From NCBI GenBank assembly GCA_963832025.1, contig CAWHSF010000003.1, positions 15,665 to 79,664 on the forward strand: a stretch of DNA of 64,000 bases, in the 5' to 3' direction. Positions 1-10,378 of this stretch are shown piece by piece. Made by a program: the position numbers and the translations under genes. Every line of letters starts with the position of its first letter. Within the stretch, counting starts at the first letter, position 1. This DNA comes from Candidatus Nomurabacteria bacterium. Its GTDB lineage: Bacteria > Patescibacteriota > Minisyncoccia > Phycocordibacterales > UBA9973. The notes under the pieces were generated by a model. That model had not been told where the DNA came from and made no database searches. It saw only the letters and a program-made list of their open reading frames with translations.

Positions 1-523
1 TCTGTCAGCTCCTCTAGTTTTTCTTCCATGAGTTTTTTTATATTTGGACAATTTTTACCGTTTTGATTATTTTTTGCATTTTTCTTTTGAACATTAAAAC
101 CTAAGAAGGCAAGGATTGCTGCACCAGCTATTAAAAGTGTAGTAATTATTATATTGTGACCAGCTTCATTGTTTGTATCTGCTGGTGGAACAATAGGATT
201 TGCATCGTTAGTTGTTGGTGTTGGCTTAGATACGAGAGAAGATATCGCTTTGGGCTCTGTTTTTATAGCAGAAACAGGCTTGGCTGCTGGGATTGGCTGG
301 CTGGAAACAGGAACAGGTGTAGTACTACTGCTTGAAGAAATGGTGGTGCCAGCAGGATTAGTACTAGATGAATTAGAAGCAGTTGACGGAGAAGAATCAG
401 CCGTAGCGGAAGCTGGTGCGACACCGGTAGATGACGATGCTGGGTCAGTAGCTACTCCTTGCGCAAAAGCTAAAAGTGGAAGAAAGGTTACAAAGAAAAG
501 TATGTAAAAAATAATTTTTCCCA
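1..523 (-). CDS. secreted Ser/Thr/Pro-rich protein with a TM helix (3' end beyond window edge)
   Basis: Hand translation of the minus strand from ATG 521-523 gives MGKIIFYILFFVTFLPLLAFAQG (signal-like), a long S/T/P tract, and a TM helix IIITTLLIAGAAILAFLGF. The frame is still open at position 1. The + ORF 169..507 is its antisense shadow. Confidence 0.5.
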
Positions 524-536
524 TGAAATCAAAAAG

Positions 537-1166
537 TTATTTTAATTCATTAATGTTGTTTTTTATCATTTTCACAATTTCTGGAAACTTGGAGATTTTA
601 AAATGTCCGTTTTTACTTTTGTAAATAATAATTTTTGCTGTCGGTAATTTTTGGCGATATTTTTCAGCATGGGAAACGGGAACCACGTCGTCATCTTTGG
701 AAAACATCAGTGTTAATTTGTTAGAATTTTTTTCAAGCAAAGACAGATTAGATTTAAGTTTAAAACCGCCAACTAATTCTTCTTCTGTGTGCATTGTGTT
801 GTCAAAAGGTGGGCAAGTTAAATACGTTGATAGTATCTTTTTTGGAAACTTGTTTTCAGATAAATATTTTGCGAGAAAAATTCCACCCAATGAATTACCA
901 ATTAAAATAATATTATTTTTCAAATAAGGGAAATATCTTTCAAAGCAGATTTTCCACTCATTATATTTAGCATTGTCCTGTAAAGGCATACGAGGTCTAA
1001 TAATTTCAAATTTTTCCCCTAGCTCTTTGTCTAAATAATTCTGAGCCCATCCTAGATTTTTACTTAGGAGAGAAATCTTACGAGTTTTGAGATAATGCAA
1101 ATAATCCTTTTGGTTTCTAAAAGTGTTTCCACCATGTATTAAAAATATTTGTGGTTTGTTTTTCAT
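537..1166 (-). CDS. alpha/beta-fold serine hydrolase (YdeN/RBBP9-like)
   Basis: Has LIHGGN near the N-terminus, a GNSLGG nucleophile elbow (GxSxG), and late D...H residues (SKDDDVVP, NGHF). Size is about 200 aa. Confidence 0.6.
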   Translation of the reverse strand: MKNKPQIFLIHGGNTFRNQKDYLHYLKTRKISLLSKNLGWAQNYLDKELGEKFEIIRPRMPLQDNAKYNEWKICFERYFPYLKNNIILIGNSLGGIFLAKYLSENKFPKKILSTYLTCPPFDNTMHTEEELVGGFKLKSNLSLLEKNSNKLTLMFSKDDDVVPVSHAEKYRQKLPTAKIIIYKSKNGHFKISKFPEIVKMIKNNINELK

Positions 1167-1174
1167 AACTATTT

Positions 1175-1708
1175 TTATTTATACCTTGCTAACTCCTTTG
1201 ACCACTTTTCATAATTTTCTCTCGCAAATTTTTTATGTTCTTCTGAGCTAATGCGGTTAAACATCCAATCAAATTTTCCCTTTATCTTTTCATATCCTTG
1301 AGTTTTTGCTCTGGCTTCGACAAAATGTTGTGCGTTGGTTTCAAAATAACTTACTGAATCCGCATCCATAATAGCATTTTGCTCAGCATCTCCACCAAAT
1401 TCATGTTTACTGATTAAATGTTTTACTTTATCTATGAGTTCTTGGCTAGCGCCATTTTTTGTCAAAAATTCTCCGATGATTTCTGCCCCACCCTCTGAGT
1501 GACGTTTTAACGTTTCTCTATCTAAATAATCATGATCTTTTTCTCCTTTTACTCCTCGTTCAATGTCGTGAGCGTAAGCAGCAATTTTATGCGCCTCTGT
1601 AAAATTAGGGATGAATTTCTCAATCCAATAAACCGCTCTTTCAAAATGAGGCTTCTTCGCTCCAAAAGAGTCATCAACATATTTCACAACTTTATCGTAT
1701 AAATCCAT
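1175..1708 (-). CDS. HD-domain phosphohydrolase
   Basis: H...HD signature (HKIAAYAHDIERG) and a later KHEFGGD motif. Compact 177-aa ORF. Confidence 0.6.
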   Translation of the reverse strand: MDLYDKVVKYVDDSFGAKKPHFERAVYWIEKFIPNFTEAHKIAAYAHDIERGVKGEKDHDYLDRETLKRHSEGGAEIIGEFLTKNGASQELIDKVKHLISKHEFGGDAEQNAIMDADSVSYFETNAQHFVEARAKTQGYEKIKGKFDWMFNRISSEEHKKFARENYEKWSKELARYK

Positions 1709-1761
1709 TCTCTTATTATATCAAATTTTTAATAATCAAAGAAAAATGATAATCTTTAGGG

Positions 1762-2394
1762 ATGAGCGAGCTCACCATCGGAATAGTTATCATTATAATC
1801 AGCGCACTCGGATATTTTAGCAACTGGCTGAATTGGCGGTTTTTGAATTACAAAATAAATCATCTATTTTATTATTTCGGGGCTTTCATTCACGAAAGTT
1901 CACACGCGCTCATCGCTCTCGCCACCGGCGCAAAAGTTCATAAATACAAAGTCTTTGCAATGCAACCGCAAGTCACCTATTCAAATTCTAAAATACCAAT
2001 ATTGGGAAATTTATTTATTTCGATTGCGCCGATATTGGGTGGATTAACTTTTTTATTTTTTCTAAATAAATACTTTCTTGCCAATCAGTTTATTATGCCT
2101 CATTTTTCAAATTGGAAATTTTTCTTCACTGATTTTCTTAAATTCTTTAAACAAATCAACATCACGAAATGGAAAGATTGGGTGGCGATTTTTCTATTCT
2201 TAAATATGGGCGCCATGATTGGCCCTTCCCCACAGGATTTGAAAAATGTCTGGATTTTAATATTTATTTTGGCCTTTATCCCTTCAGAATTGATTAATCA
2301 TTTAGGAATTTTAGCTGTCACATTTATTCTAATCAATATTATTTTGCAGATTATCTTGATGGCTATTGTTTATGTTGCAAAATTAATTTGGTAG
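1762..2394 (+). CDS. polytopic membrane protein with HExxH motif (putative zinc metalloprotease)
   Basis: Several hydrophobic helices and an HESSH motif located at a helix end. Confidence 0.4.
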   Translation: MSELTIGIVIIIISALGYFSNWLNWRFLNYKINHLFYYFGAFIHESSHALIALATGAKVHKYKVFAMQPQVTYSNSKIPILGNLFISIAPILGGLTFLFFLNKYFLANQFIMPHFSNWKFFFTDFLKFFKQINITKWKDWVAIFLFLNMGAMIGPSPQDLKNVWILIFILAFIPSELINHLGILAVTFILINIILQIILMAIVYVAKLIW

Positions 2395-3492
2395 ATTTTT
2401 TGCAAAATGAAAAATCACAATTTCACTGTCACTCCCTACTCGGAGTGGCGGACCCCAGGTTCCCACTCCGCTCGAAGTATAGACAATCATTTTGTCCCAC
2501 ATTTTGAGGCCATAATCATAGCCCTTGAAAATTAGTTTAGTGAAAACATTTAGCGGAAAAACTTGAGCCTTGTGCGTATGCCCTGAAATTTGCAAAGAAA
2601 TACCGGCTCTCCACGCATCCGCCAATTGAGCCGGCTGATGCTTTAAAAGAATTGAAGGTTTATTTTTATCTATATTAAATTTTTCTAAAATAGTCTTGAA
2701 TTTATCGGCATTAGTAGAGTCACGGTCATCCACTCCAATCAACTGCAACCCGTCTATCATCACCATTTCGTTGTAGAGAATATGAATTCCTGTTTTTTTG
2801 ATTGCATCTAAAAAAATTTTGTCCTTTCTATATTCTTCATGATTCCCTGTTACAAAATAAACGCCGAGTACCGGATGTAAATTTGCAAAAGGTTTAATAA
2901 TTTCAAATTCATCAACTTTTACTGTATCATAAAGATCTCCTCCGATAAAAATTATGTCCGGATTGATTTTATTTATTTTATCGGCAATTTTTTTGGCAAA
3001 GTTTTCGCCGTTCACGGCACCTAGGTGTACATCGCTAATAAATACCGCCCTCTTAGTAAACCACTCTGTCGGTAAATTTGGCAATATTACAGTAATATTT
3101 TTTATTAAAATTTTACGTGCATGAAATATGCCATAAAAGCTGGCGATAATGGCTAAAATTATAAATAAAATACCTAAATCTTTTATGAAGATATAATAAG
3201 TAATTGGTAAAATTGAAACTGCTAAAATATAAAAACAGGAAACCAAAAATAAATAGAAAGCTATGCCTAGCCACACAGCTGATATTCTGTAATAAATCCT
3301 GGTAAATAAATTATTAAACTTGAAAGACATAGTTACGGCTGCCACAAAACTGAAACAAAGAACGATTAGAATGATTCCCGAAACCAACTGTGCAGTTGTA
3401 GAGAAAGAAAAAAGAGAAATAATTGCTTGGTAAATAACAAAATGCATCAAAGCGAGAAAAATTGAAATTATTGCAATGAAAATTATTATCAT
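2383..3492 (-). CDS. membrane-anchored metallophosphoesterase
   Basis: N-terminal TM helices followed by the calcineurin-like motifs ISDVHLG, GGDLYD, GNHE and GHTH. Confidence 0.75.
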   Translation of the reverse strand: MIIIFIAIISIFLALMHFVIYQAIISLFSFSTTAQLVSGIILIVLCFSFVAAVTMSFKFNNLFTRIYYRISAVWLGIAFYLFLVSCFYILAVSILPITYYIFIKDLGILFIILAIIASFYGIFHARKILIKNITVILPNLPTEWFTKRAVFISDVHLGAVNGENFAKKIADKINKINPDIIFIGGDLYDTVKVDEFEIIKPFANLHPVLGVYFVTGNHEEYRKDKIFLDAIKKTGIHILYNEMVMIDGLQLIGVDDRDSTNADKFKTILEKFNIDKNKPSILLKHQPAQLADAWRAGISLQISGHTHKAQVFPLNVFTKLIFKGYDYGLKMWDKMIVYTSSGVGTWGPPLRVGSDSEIVIFHFAKNLPN

Positions 3493-3494
3493 AT

Positions 3495-4631
3495 TTAGTT
3501 TGATAAATACGTGGCGATATTCGCTTCTTGCTCTGCATAAGTAACCGCGCAGTGAATAATGTGATTCTTGTCATGTAAATAATACAAACAATCAGTCGTA
3601 GTCGGATTAAGCACCGCTTCAATCGCATCGATACTCGGCTCACAGATTGGATGTGGCGGTAAACCGGTATGTTCATATGTATTAAACGGAGAATCAATGC
3701 TTTTATCTGCCACCGTAATTGGCGCCCACCATCCACTACCGGTATTACCACGAGCATATTGAAGTGTGGAATCGGCATCGAGCTCCATTCCTTGGTCCAA
3801 ACGATTCCAAAGAATTCCGGCAACCAGTGGCATGTCGGTAGAATTCGCAGCTTCACGTTGCACGATAGATGCTAGGGTCAAAGCCGAGGTCCACTTAATA
3901 TCTTTGGCTGTAAATTGTGGTAAATATGGTGCAAAATTTTCATTAAATTGATCGATCAACCTCGTGGTGACATCCACTGGTGTTTCCCCCACCGGAATCA
4001 GATAAGTATCCGGAGCATAGACACCTTCAATATTTTCCGGTTTAGTGGTTGTGTCTTTGGTGATCCACTCGGTCGTTTGTTTTTTTGTCCAACCCAGCGC
4101 CGGTGCAAGTAAGGCAGCAATTTCTTCCTTGCGAAGTCCGGGAGGAATCACCACCCATTTCATATATGGCTTAGCAGACAAAACTTGTAATAATTGTGAA
4201 GGAGTCCAACCAGTGGAAATTTTATATGCGCCCGGAGCAATTGTTGCTTGCCCTGAGTGCGTCGAAGGGTTTGTGCCGATTAAATTTGTAAATGCTGTGG
4301 CATCAGTGATATATCCCCCGCTCAACAAATTATTTGCAATATCAGTCGAGGCATCGGTGAGCGAAACGACAAATTGATCGGTGCCTACCGGCGGAGGTGG
4401 AGGAGGCAGAGCTGTCTTTGTTGCAGAATTACCACCCCCTTCCCCTCCTTGATTAAGGAGGGATGCCGGAGGCGGGGTGGTTGAGCTAATTGGAATAACC
4501 AGCTTTGTCACCACGGGTGCTTGTGTTTCTGTAACTTTTGGTTTATTAAAATGAGCAACCAGAAAATATAATGCAGAAATAATAATGATGGCTGAAACAA
4601 TTATGATTTTGTGTTGTTTAAAATAATCCAT
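3495..4631 (-). CDS. mltG: endolytic murein transglycosylase MltG (YceG-like)
   Basis: N-terminal TM helix, a linker, then YceG-type motifs (ASIVQREA, GILWNRL, NTYEHTGLPPHPICEPS). Confidence 0.8.
   Translation of the reverse strand: MDYFKQHKIIIVSAIIIISALYFLVAHFNKPKVTETQAPVVTKLVIPISSTTPPPASLLNQGGEGGGNSATKTALPPPPPPVGTDQFVVSLTDASTDIANNLLSGGYITDATAFTNLIGTNPSTHSGQATIAPGAYKISTGWTPSQLLQVLSAKPYMKWVVIPPGLRKEEIAALLAPALGWTKKQTTEWITKDTTTKPENIEGVYAPDTYLIPVGETPVDVTTRLIDQFNENFAPYLPQFTAKDIKWTSALTLASIVQREAANSTDMPLVAGILWNRLDQGMELDADSTLQYARGNTGSGWWAPITVADKSIDSPFNTYEHTGLPPHPICEPSIDAIEAVLNPTTTDCLYYLHDKNHIIHCAVTYAEQEANIATYLSN
4431..4475. repeat. GC-rich palindromic mini-element inside the mltG coding sequence
   Basis: A C-run followed by the perfect 8-bp stem CCCTCCTT/AAGGAGGG (4443..4462). 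It is translated as ASLLNQGGEGGGN. The architecture matches the element at 22700..22750. Confidence 0.55.
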
Positions 4632-4633
4632 GA

Positions 4634-5659
4634 TTACATATTTATCAATTCATTAATATCAATTCCTTTTTTATAAATTATCAAATTATCTTTGGAATTT
4701 TTCCAAGTCTGCTGAACCGCATCCAAGATTCTCCAAGTTTCTAAAATCTCGCCGCTACCAATGAATAAATCATGATTCCCTTCGAGCACAGCTCGAATAA
4801 CTCGCCCGTAGGCATCGGGTTCGTGCTCAATACTGAAAACTTTTTTACTGCCATCTTTATATTTAATTCTTATCTCCGTAAATTTTTCGGAAAAAGCTTT
4901 GCCGGTAGAAAGAACCATCGGTACTCCACGCCAGAGCGGATCTCCTGAAGTTATATTAACCGACACGAAAGTTTCTGTCATGCTTTCCTCATTCCCCACT
5001 TCCTTGCGATATCCTTCATACTGACCTCTTTTTACACATTCGTGTTTTTCTATATTGCAAACTATTTGGAGATTCTTTAAAGCATCATAGCGACGAACCT
5101 CGTCAAATGACTTGGAAAGCACCACAGAAAGCATTTCTAGAAGATGGCTTTGAAGAAAATCTTTTAAGGCTCCGGTCTGTTCGTAAAAATTAACCCGGCC
5201 TTCTATGTCTATTTTTTCGCTGGCAATAATTTCTATCTTCGCAATTCCTTTTTGTTCCCAATCTTCGGTGACCACTCTCTGCATAGATTGTTTTACCAGA
5301 TAATGGTCAATGCGATAAATTTGGTCTTCGGAAAAATATTTATCAATATACTCAATCAAACTTCCGGCGGATTCTAGATCTTTTCCAAAAGGTTTTTCCA
5401 GCATTATTTTTACTTTTTCCCTGCCAAAATTATCACTAATTATTTTGACAACGTCCGACACAGCATCTGAAGGAATCGCCAAATGGAAAATTTTCTCTGC
5501 GTCTTTATCAATCAAATTCTTTAAATTTCCATAATCTTTTCGGGAAAGAGGCACCACCATGCCCGGAAAATACATTTTTTCGAGTGCAGGAAATAAATAG
5601 CGTTTTGCTAAATCGCCCGAAGCACCAAAAATTGCAAAGGTTGTGGTATTATTTTTCAT
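4634..5659 (-). CDS. zwf: glucose-6-phosphate dehydrogenase family protein (short form)
   Basis: Motifs FGASGDLAKRYLFPAL, EKPFG and YRIDHYLVKQ. It lies upstream of gnd and pgl. Confidence 0.7.
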   Translation of the reverse strand: MKNNTTTFAIFGASGDLAKRYLFPALEKMYFPGMVVPLSRKDYGNLKNLIDKDAEKIFHLAIPSDAVSDVVKIISDNFGREKVKIMLEKPFGKDLESAGSLIEYIDKYFSEDQIYRIDHYLVKQSMQRVVTEDWEQKGIAKIEIIASEKIDIEGRVNFYEQTGALKDFLQSHLLEMLSVVLSKSFDEVRRYDALKNLQIVCNIEKHECVKRGQYEGYRKEVGNEESMTETFVSVNITSGDPLWRGVPMVLSTGKAFSEKFTEIRIKYKDGSKKVFSIEHEPDAYGRVIRAVLEGNHDLFIGSGEILETWRILDAVQQTWKNSKDNLIIYKKGIDINELINM

Positions 5660-6563
5660 TTATTTTATGTCCGCCAAATTGATTACGCATCAGAGCGAGT
5701 AATTTGGTAGCAAAATTGACCTTTCCTTTTTGTGAAGCAATTCGAACATCAAAAGCACTCTGAATGGAAGGCATTTCTATTTTTAAATCTTTAGCAGTTT
5801 CTAAAGCAAAACGCGCTTCGCCTAATTCTGGAACAACTCCTTCAATATCTTTCAATTCTGGATCTTCTTTTTGTAACTGTAAGGCATTTGTCGTAAGTTC
5901 ATTCAACCACGAAACGATAACGCTCCCATGTTGCCAAACTTCACCCGCAGAAATTAAATCAAGATTTTTATATGGGCCTTCTTTGAGTAGACGATATCCC
6001 TCCGCCAAACTTTCCATCATGCCATACTCGATGGCGTTGTGCACCATTTTCACATAATGGCCAGAACCAGATTCGCTGAAATAACGATAGGCTCCGCTAG
6101 GTTGCGCAAGTGTTTTTATTACCGGTTCGACAATTTTAAACACTTCTCTGTCTCCGCCAACCATCATACAAAAACCATTTTTATAACCCCAAACTCCACC
6201 ACTTGTTCCGACATCCATCAAAATAGAGCCATGTTGTAAGACTTTTTCCGCTCTTTTTTTTGTCAGTCGAAAATCAGAATTTCCACCGTCTATCAAGATG
6301 CTGCCTTTGGGGACTAATTTCAGCCATTCATCCAATTCTTCGTCCACGGAATCAGATGGAATCATAATCCAAAGCACCAACGGCTCTCCATTAAAAAAAT
6401 TTACAACTTCTTCCCTAGAATATGCACCTCTCATGCCAAGCTCAACCATCTCATCAACAGAATTTTTACTGCGATTATGAACAATCAAATCATGTCTGTC
6501 CTCGTGCAGTTTTCTAGCGATTTGTTTGCCCATTCTTCCTAGACCTGTAATTGCTATTTTCAT
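5649..6563 (-). CDS. gnd: 6-phosphogluconate dehydrogenase, decarboxylating (short YqeC-type)
   Basis: N-terminal Rossmann motif (IAITGLGRMGKQIA), then GGNS and VHNAIEYGMM motifs. Confidence 0.8.
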   Translation of the reverse strand: MKIAITGLGRMGKQIARKLHEDRHDLIVHNRSKNSVDEMVELGMRGAYSREEVVNFFNGEPLVLWIMIPSDSVDEELDEWLKLVPKGSILIDGGNSDFRLTKKRAEKVLQHGSILMDVGTSGGVWGYKNGFCMMVGGDREVFKIVEPVIKTLAQPSGAYRYFSESGSGHYVKMVHNAIEYGMMESLAEGYRLLKEGPYKNLDLISAGEVWQHGSVIVSWLNELTTNALQLQKEDPELKDIEGVVPELGEARFALETAKDLKIEMPSIQSAFDVRIASQKGKVNFATKLLALMRNQFGGHKINEK

Positions 6564-7234
6564 AATTTCATATCGCTAAAAATTGTTAATAATGAAACTT
6601 TTTTCAAAATCTGCGCCGGTTGTTTTTCAATAGCTATGTCTGTTTGCAATTCTTCCAAAATTTTCCATTTATCTTTTCCTTGCGCCCAGACTATTACCTC
6701 GTCCAATTTTTTTATAGCATTGAACGTCATGGTGATGCGGGAAAATGTTGCCGTATCATAACCAAAAGCCAAATCTTTTGCATCTACCGCACTAGTTTCT
6801 GGTAAAATCCCAGCAGTATGTCCATCAACGCCTATCCCAAACAGACCTATTTTATACTCTGCCCTAATGAATTCTTCATTAAGAGCCATGTTAAATTTTT
6901 CTGTCGTAATGTTACGATCGTCATCAATCAAAATGGGGATAATTTTTGCTTGGGGTAAACTGAAACCCTGCTCAGTGAGTTGGAAAAAATTTGAATTAAA
7001 ATGATCTGTCGGACCATATCTTTCGTCGGTCAAAGTCACGATTAGATTTTGCAATAAATCTTTGTCTGCTTTATCTCTCAAGATATCGGAGATTTTCACA
7101 CCGACAGCTACTGATGAACCGCCAGTCAAAAACAGCAAGACTTTTTTGCCTGCCTCCAAGTGACTGAAAACCGACGAAGCGACAAAGTCTGCCGCATTTT
7201 CAATGTCTGTGGTTGTTCTTATATTTAAGTTCAT
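6560..7234 (-). CDS. pgl: 6-phosphogluconolactonase
   Basis: Motifs LTGGSS and GIGVDGHTAG. I prefer the internal ATG at 7234 (MNLNIR...), which overlaps the MFS stop as ATGA. The track ORF extends to 7342. Confidence 0.7.
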   Translation of the reverse strand: MNLNIRTTTDIENAADFVASSVFSHLEAGKKVLLFLTGGSSVAVGVKISDILRDKADKDLLQNLIVTLTDERYGPTDHFNSNFFQLTEQGFSLPQAKIIPILIDDDRNITTEKFNMALNEEFIRAEYKIGLFGIGVDGHTAGILPETSAVDAKDLAFGYDTATFSRITMTFNAIKKLDEVIVWAQGKDKWKILEELQTDIAIEKQPAQILKKVSLLTIFSDMKL

Positions 7235-8418
7235 ATTGACATAACTGGTTTTCTCCAAGATTTGAGAAAAATAAATACACACATCGCGACAAACGTCACC
7301 GTCGCGGCAAAAACAAATGCATAAGAAGGATTTAAAATCCAAAGCAAGCCCGCAATCGCCGAAGCCGGAAGATAAATCAAACCGGTGACAAAATTATACA
7401 TTCCGATGGCGGTCGCCCGCCTGTCTTTTTCCAAATCGGTAATAAATACTTTGCTTTGGGCTTCATCAATACTATAAAAAATACCGAACATTAAAAATAA
7501 TATTATTACCTCCCACTTGGCTTGAACAAAAACAAATCCCAGACACATCACGATATAAATAATGTATTCCAAGACGATAACATACTTGCGTCCGATGAAA
7601 TCACCTAACTTTCCTATAGGCACCGACAAAACCACAAAAGAAGTATTGAAAAGCGCATAAAGTAAAACGACATCCTTGATGGAAAAACCTATTTTGTAAG
7701 CTTTTAAAAGCAGAAAACCAAAACTGAAATATGCCAAAGAAAAAATTCCGGCGGAAACTAAATATTTTTTGAAACCCGTGCTCAAAGTTTTCCAAGCTTT
7801 AAAAATATTTTCTTTGGTGTGCGTTGCTCCGGGCCGGTCTTTCATTAAAAATAAAACTAACACGGCCCCAATCGCTCCGCACATTGAGATGATAAAAATT
7901 AATTTAAAAGTGCCGATACCCTGCCCAAACCATAAAAGCAAGAAGTATGCGACCAATGGGCCCAAAATTGCTCCGGCTTTATCCATGGCATTATGCAAGC
8001 CGAAAGCATAACCTTTATTTGATTCATCTGCCACGGATGCGAGCCAAGCATCTCTCGGCGGACCACGAAAACTTTTTCCAAGTCGCTCAATTATGCGGAA
8101 AGATGCAAGCGCTGTTACGGAATTAGCCACTAAAAGTATTCCCTTGGCTAAAGTGGAAAAACCATAACCAATCAATGCAAGTGGCCTTCTTTTACCAGAT
8201 TTGTCCGAAAGCCAGCCGGAAAAATAATCCAGAGATGACGACGAGAAATCTGCCAAGCCTTCCACTATTCCAAGCAACGCCGCCGAGGCGCCTAAAATTA
8301 CGGTGAAAAATATAGAGAAAACAGAAAAAATCGCCTCCGAGCTGATATCCGTCAGAAAGCTAACCCACCCCAATCTTATAACATCCGGGTCAACATTTAG
8401 AAATCTTTTCTTTGCCAT
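7231..8418 (-). CDS. MFS transporter
   Basis: About 12 predicted TM helices and an MFS-like loop (GWLSDKSGKRRP). Confidence 0.7.
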   Translation of the reverse strand: MAKKRFLNVDPDVIRLGWVSFLTDISSEAIFSVFSIFFTVILGASAALLGIVEGLADFSSSSLDYFSGWLSDKSGKRRPLALIGYGFSTLAKGILLVANSVTALASFRIIERLGKSFRGPPRDAWLASVADESNKGYAFGLHNAMDKAGAILGPLVAYFLLLWFGQGIGTFKLIFIISMCGAIGAVLVLFLMKDRPGATHTKENIFKAWKTLSTGFKKYLVSAGIFSLAYFSFGFLLLKAYKIGFSIKDVVLLYALFNTSFVVLSVPIGKLGDFIGRKYVIVLEYIIYIVMCLGFVFVQAKWEVIILFLMFGIFYSIDEAQSKVFITDLEKDRRATAIGMYNFVTGLIYLPASAIAGLLWILNPSYAFVFAATVTFVAMCVFIFLKSWRKPVMSI

Positions 8419-8441
8419 CCACCTATTATAACATTTTAAAT

Positions 8442-9581
8442 TTAGTTTAAATATTTCTTCTTTTTGAGTTTGTCCGGCAGGAGACTTTCTTTGGTATATT
8501 TTTCGTAACCTTTTCCATAATCGAGTTCTTTCATCAGTTTGGTGACTGGATTGCGTATCCGAAGCGGAATTGGCAAATTACCGAATTTTTTTACATCTGC
8601 CATCGCTGCCAAGTAGGCATTGTAAGCCCGGCGGTCTTTTTTGGCTTGCGATAAATAAACCACACCGTGCGCCAAATTCTCGGCGCATTCCGGCAGACCA
8701 ATCGTTTCCACTGCGCGAAAAACAGCGTTGGCAACGACAAGCGCCGTCGGCACCGCAAGCCCGATATCTTCGCTCGCAAAAACGACCATCCTTCTCGCAA
8801 TAAATTTCGGGTCCTCTCCGGCTTCAATCATCCGACACATATAATAGAGCGCGGCATCCGGCTGGCTGGCACGCATGCTTTTTATAAAAGCGCTGATAGT
8901 GTTGTAATGTTCTTCGCCTTTTTTGTCGTAACGCAAAAATTTTGACTGCAAGGCTTGCGTTAAATTTTCCACGTTTATTTTTCCGTAAAGATGAAGTGTG
9001 GCATCAAGCATGGCGATGGCTTGTCTTGCGTCACCGTTTGCCATTGCGATGAGCCAATCTTTTGCGACCGTATCCATTTTTATTTTTTCACTTTTTAAAA
9101 CACGCTCAATAATAAGGAGCATCTCTTCGTTTGAAAGCTCGTTCAAAACAAAAACCCGACAACGCGATAAGAGCGGCGAGATAACTTCAAAACTTGGATT
9201 TTCGGTCGTCGCTCCGATTAAAGTGAGTTCCCCTGACTCGACAAAAGGTAAAAGAAAATCTTGTTGGCTTTTGTTGAAGCGATGAATTTCATCCAGAAAA
9301 AGAATTTTTGATTTTTTATTTCTTTTGTCATCGATAATCTTTCGAATGTCATCTTTACCGGCTGAAACTGCAGATAAATCATGAAAATCCGCATCCAGAG
9401 CTTCCGCATAAATTCGCGCCAGAGTGGTTTTTCCTACGCCGGGCGGACCCCAAAGAATAAAAGAAAACAAATGTTTCTTTTCGATTGCCACACGTAAGGG
9501 CTTTCCTTCGGACACCAAATGTTCCTGACCGATAAAATCCTTTAAATTTTTAGGGCGTATTTTTGAAGCCAAGGGTTCCAT
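8442..9581 (-). CDS. rarA: replication-associated recombination protein A (AAA ATPase)
   Basis: Walker [12 protein letters not shown], Walker [12 protein letters not shown], and an MgsA C-terminal region ([15 protein letters not shown]). Confidence 0.85.
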   Translation of the reverse strand: MEPLASKIRPKNLKDFIGQEHLVSEGKPLRVAIEKKHLFSFILWGPPGVGKTTLARIYAEALDADFHDLSAVSAGKDDIRKIIDDKRNKKSKILFLDEIHRFNKSQQDFLLPFVESGELTLIGATTENPSFEVISPLLSRCRVFVLNELSNEEMLLIIERVLKSEKIKMDTVAKDWLIAMANGDARQAIAMLDATLHLYGKINVENLTQALQSKFLRYDKKGEEHYNTISAFIKSMRASQPDAALYYMCRMIEAGEDPKFIARRMVVFASEDIGLAVPTALVVANAVFRAVETIGLPECAENLAHGVVYLSQAKKDRRAYNAYLAAMADVKKFGNLPIPLRIRNPVTKLMKELDYGKGYEKYTKESLLPDKLKKKKYLN

Positions 9582-9640
9582 AATTTGTATTTTATCACAA
9601 TATAGTATAATAGAGGTTGGTTAATTAAATAAATAAAAAC

Positions 9641-10354
9641 ATGTCAAGAAGTTATAAAATTTTATGGGTTACAATTATTGTCGTTGTCTTCGTGGGCTTG
9701 GGATTTTGGTATTTGAGCAAAGGAAATGACGCAACAACCAACGAGCCAAGCACTACAACTGCGATAGCAAGTTCGGCTAAATTAATCAATTCATTTTCAT
9801 TTTTAGGATTAAGTCCGGAAGTAGATGGAGCCGTAGATAATACAAATTATGATATAAATCTTTTAGTACCGAGTGGAACAGATGTGACAAAATTAGTTCC
9901 GACAATTTCAGTCTCGGACGGGGCAACTATTTCTCCAAATGCTGGTGTCGTGCAAGATTTTACAAATCCAGTGACATATATAGTCACCGCGCAAGATGGC
10001 TCCACTCAAAGCTATACGGTGACTGTATCAACCAGCGCAAATCAAGCAAGCAACACGGGTACACAAAACTCTGACAACACAATTGGCTCATTTATTTTTT
10101 CTAGTTTGACTCCGGCAGTAGATGGAGTGATTGATAATAATGGACACAACGTAAATCTGACTGTTCCTCTCGGTACAGATGTTACAAATTTAGTTCCAAC
10201 GATTACTATTGCTCCCGGTGCTACAATTTATCCATATTCTGGTATCGCGCAAGATTTTACCAATCCGGTTATTTATACAGTCACGGCACAAAATGGTTCA
10301 ATTGAGGATTACACGGTAACAGTAACGACCGCACAGAGTCCTTCTGCTCAATAA
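9641..10354 (+). CDS. anchored or secreted protein with two tandem ~95-aa beta-sandwich-like repeats
   Basis: N-terminal TM/signal segment. An internal repeat occurs twice (VDG.VDN....NL.VP.GTDVT.LVPTI....GATI.P..G..QDFTNPV.Y.VTAQ.GS...YTVTV). Confidence 0.6.
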   Translation: MSRSYKILWVTIIVVVFVGLGFWYLSKGNDATTNEPSTTTAIASSAKLINSFSFLGLSPEVDGAVDNTNYDINLLVPSGTDVTKLVPTISVSDGATISPNAGVVQDFTNPVTYIVTAQDGSTQSYTVTVSTSANQASNTGTQNSDNTIGSFIFSSLTPAVDGVIDNNGHNVNLTVPLGTDVTNLVPTITIAPGATIYPYSGIAQDFTNPVIYTVTAQNGSIEDYTVTVTTAQSPSAQ

Positions 10355-10378
10355 TTTTTAAAATAAGAGTTCAATATT

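Noticed and set aside
169-507. 112-aa + strand ORF
   Set aside because: It is the antisense shadow of the better-supported minus-strand secreted S/T/P-rich gene (signal peptide, TM helix, start at 523).
3314-3875. ORFs 3314..3856 (-) and 3669..3875 (+) overlapping mltG and the phosphoesterase gene
   Set aside because: They are alternative-frame or antisense ORFs inside well-supported genes, with no motifs and improbable composition.
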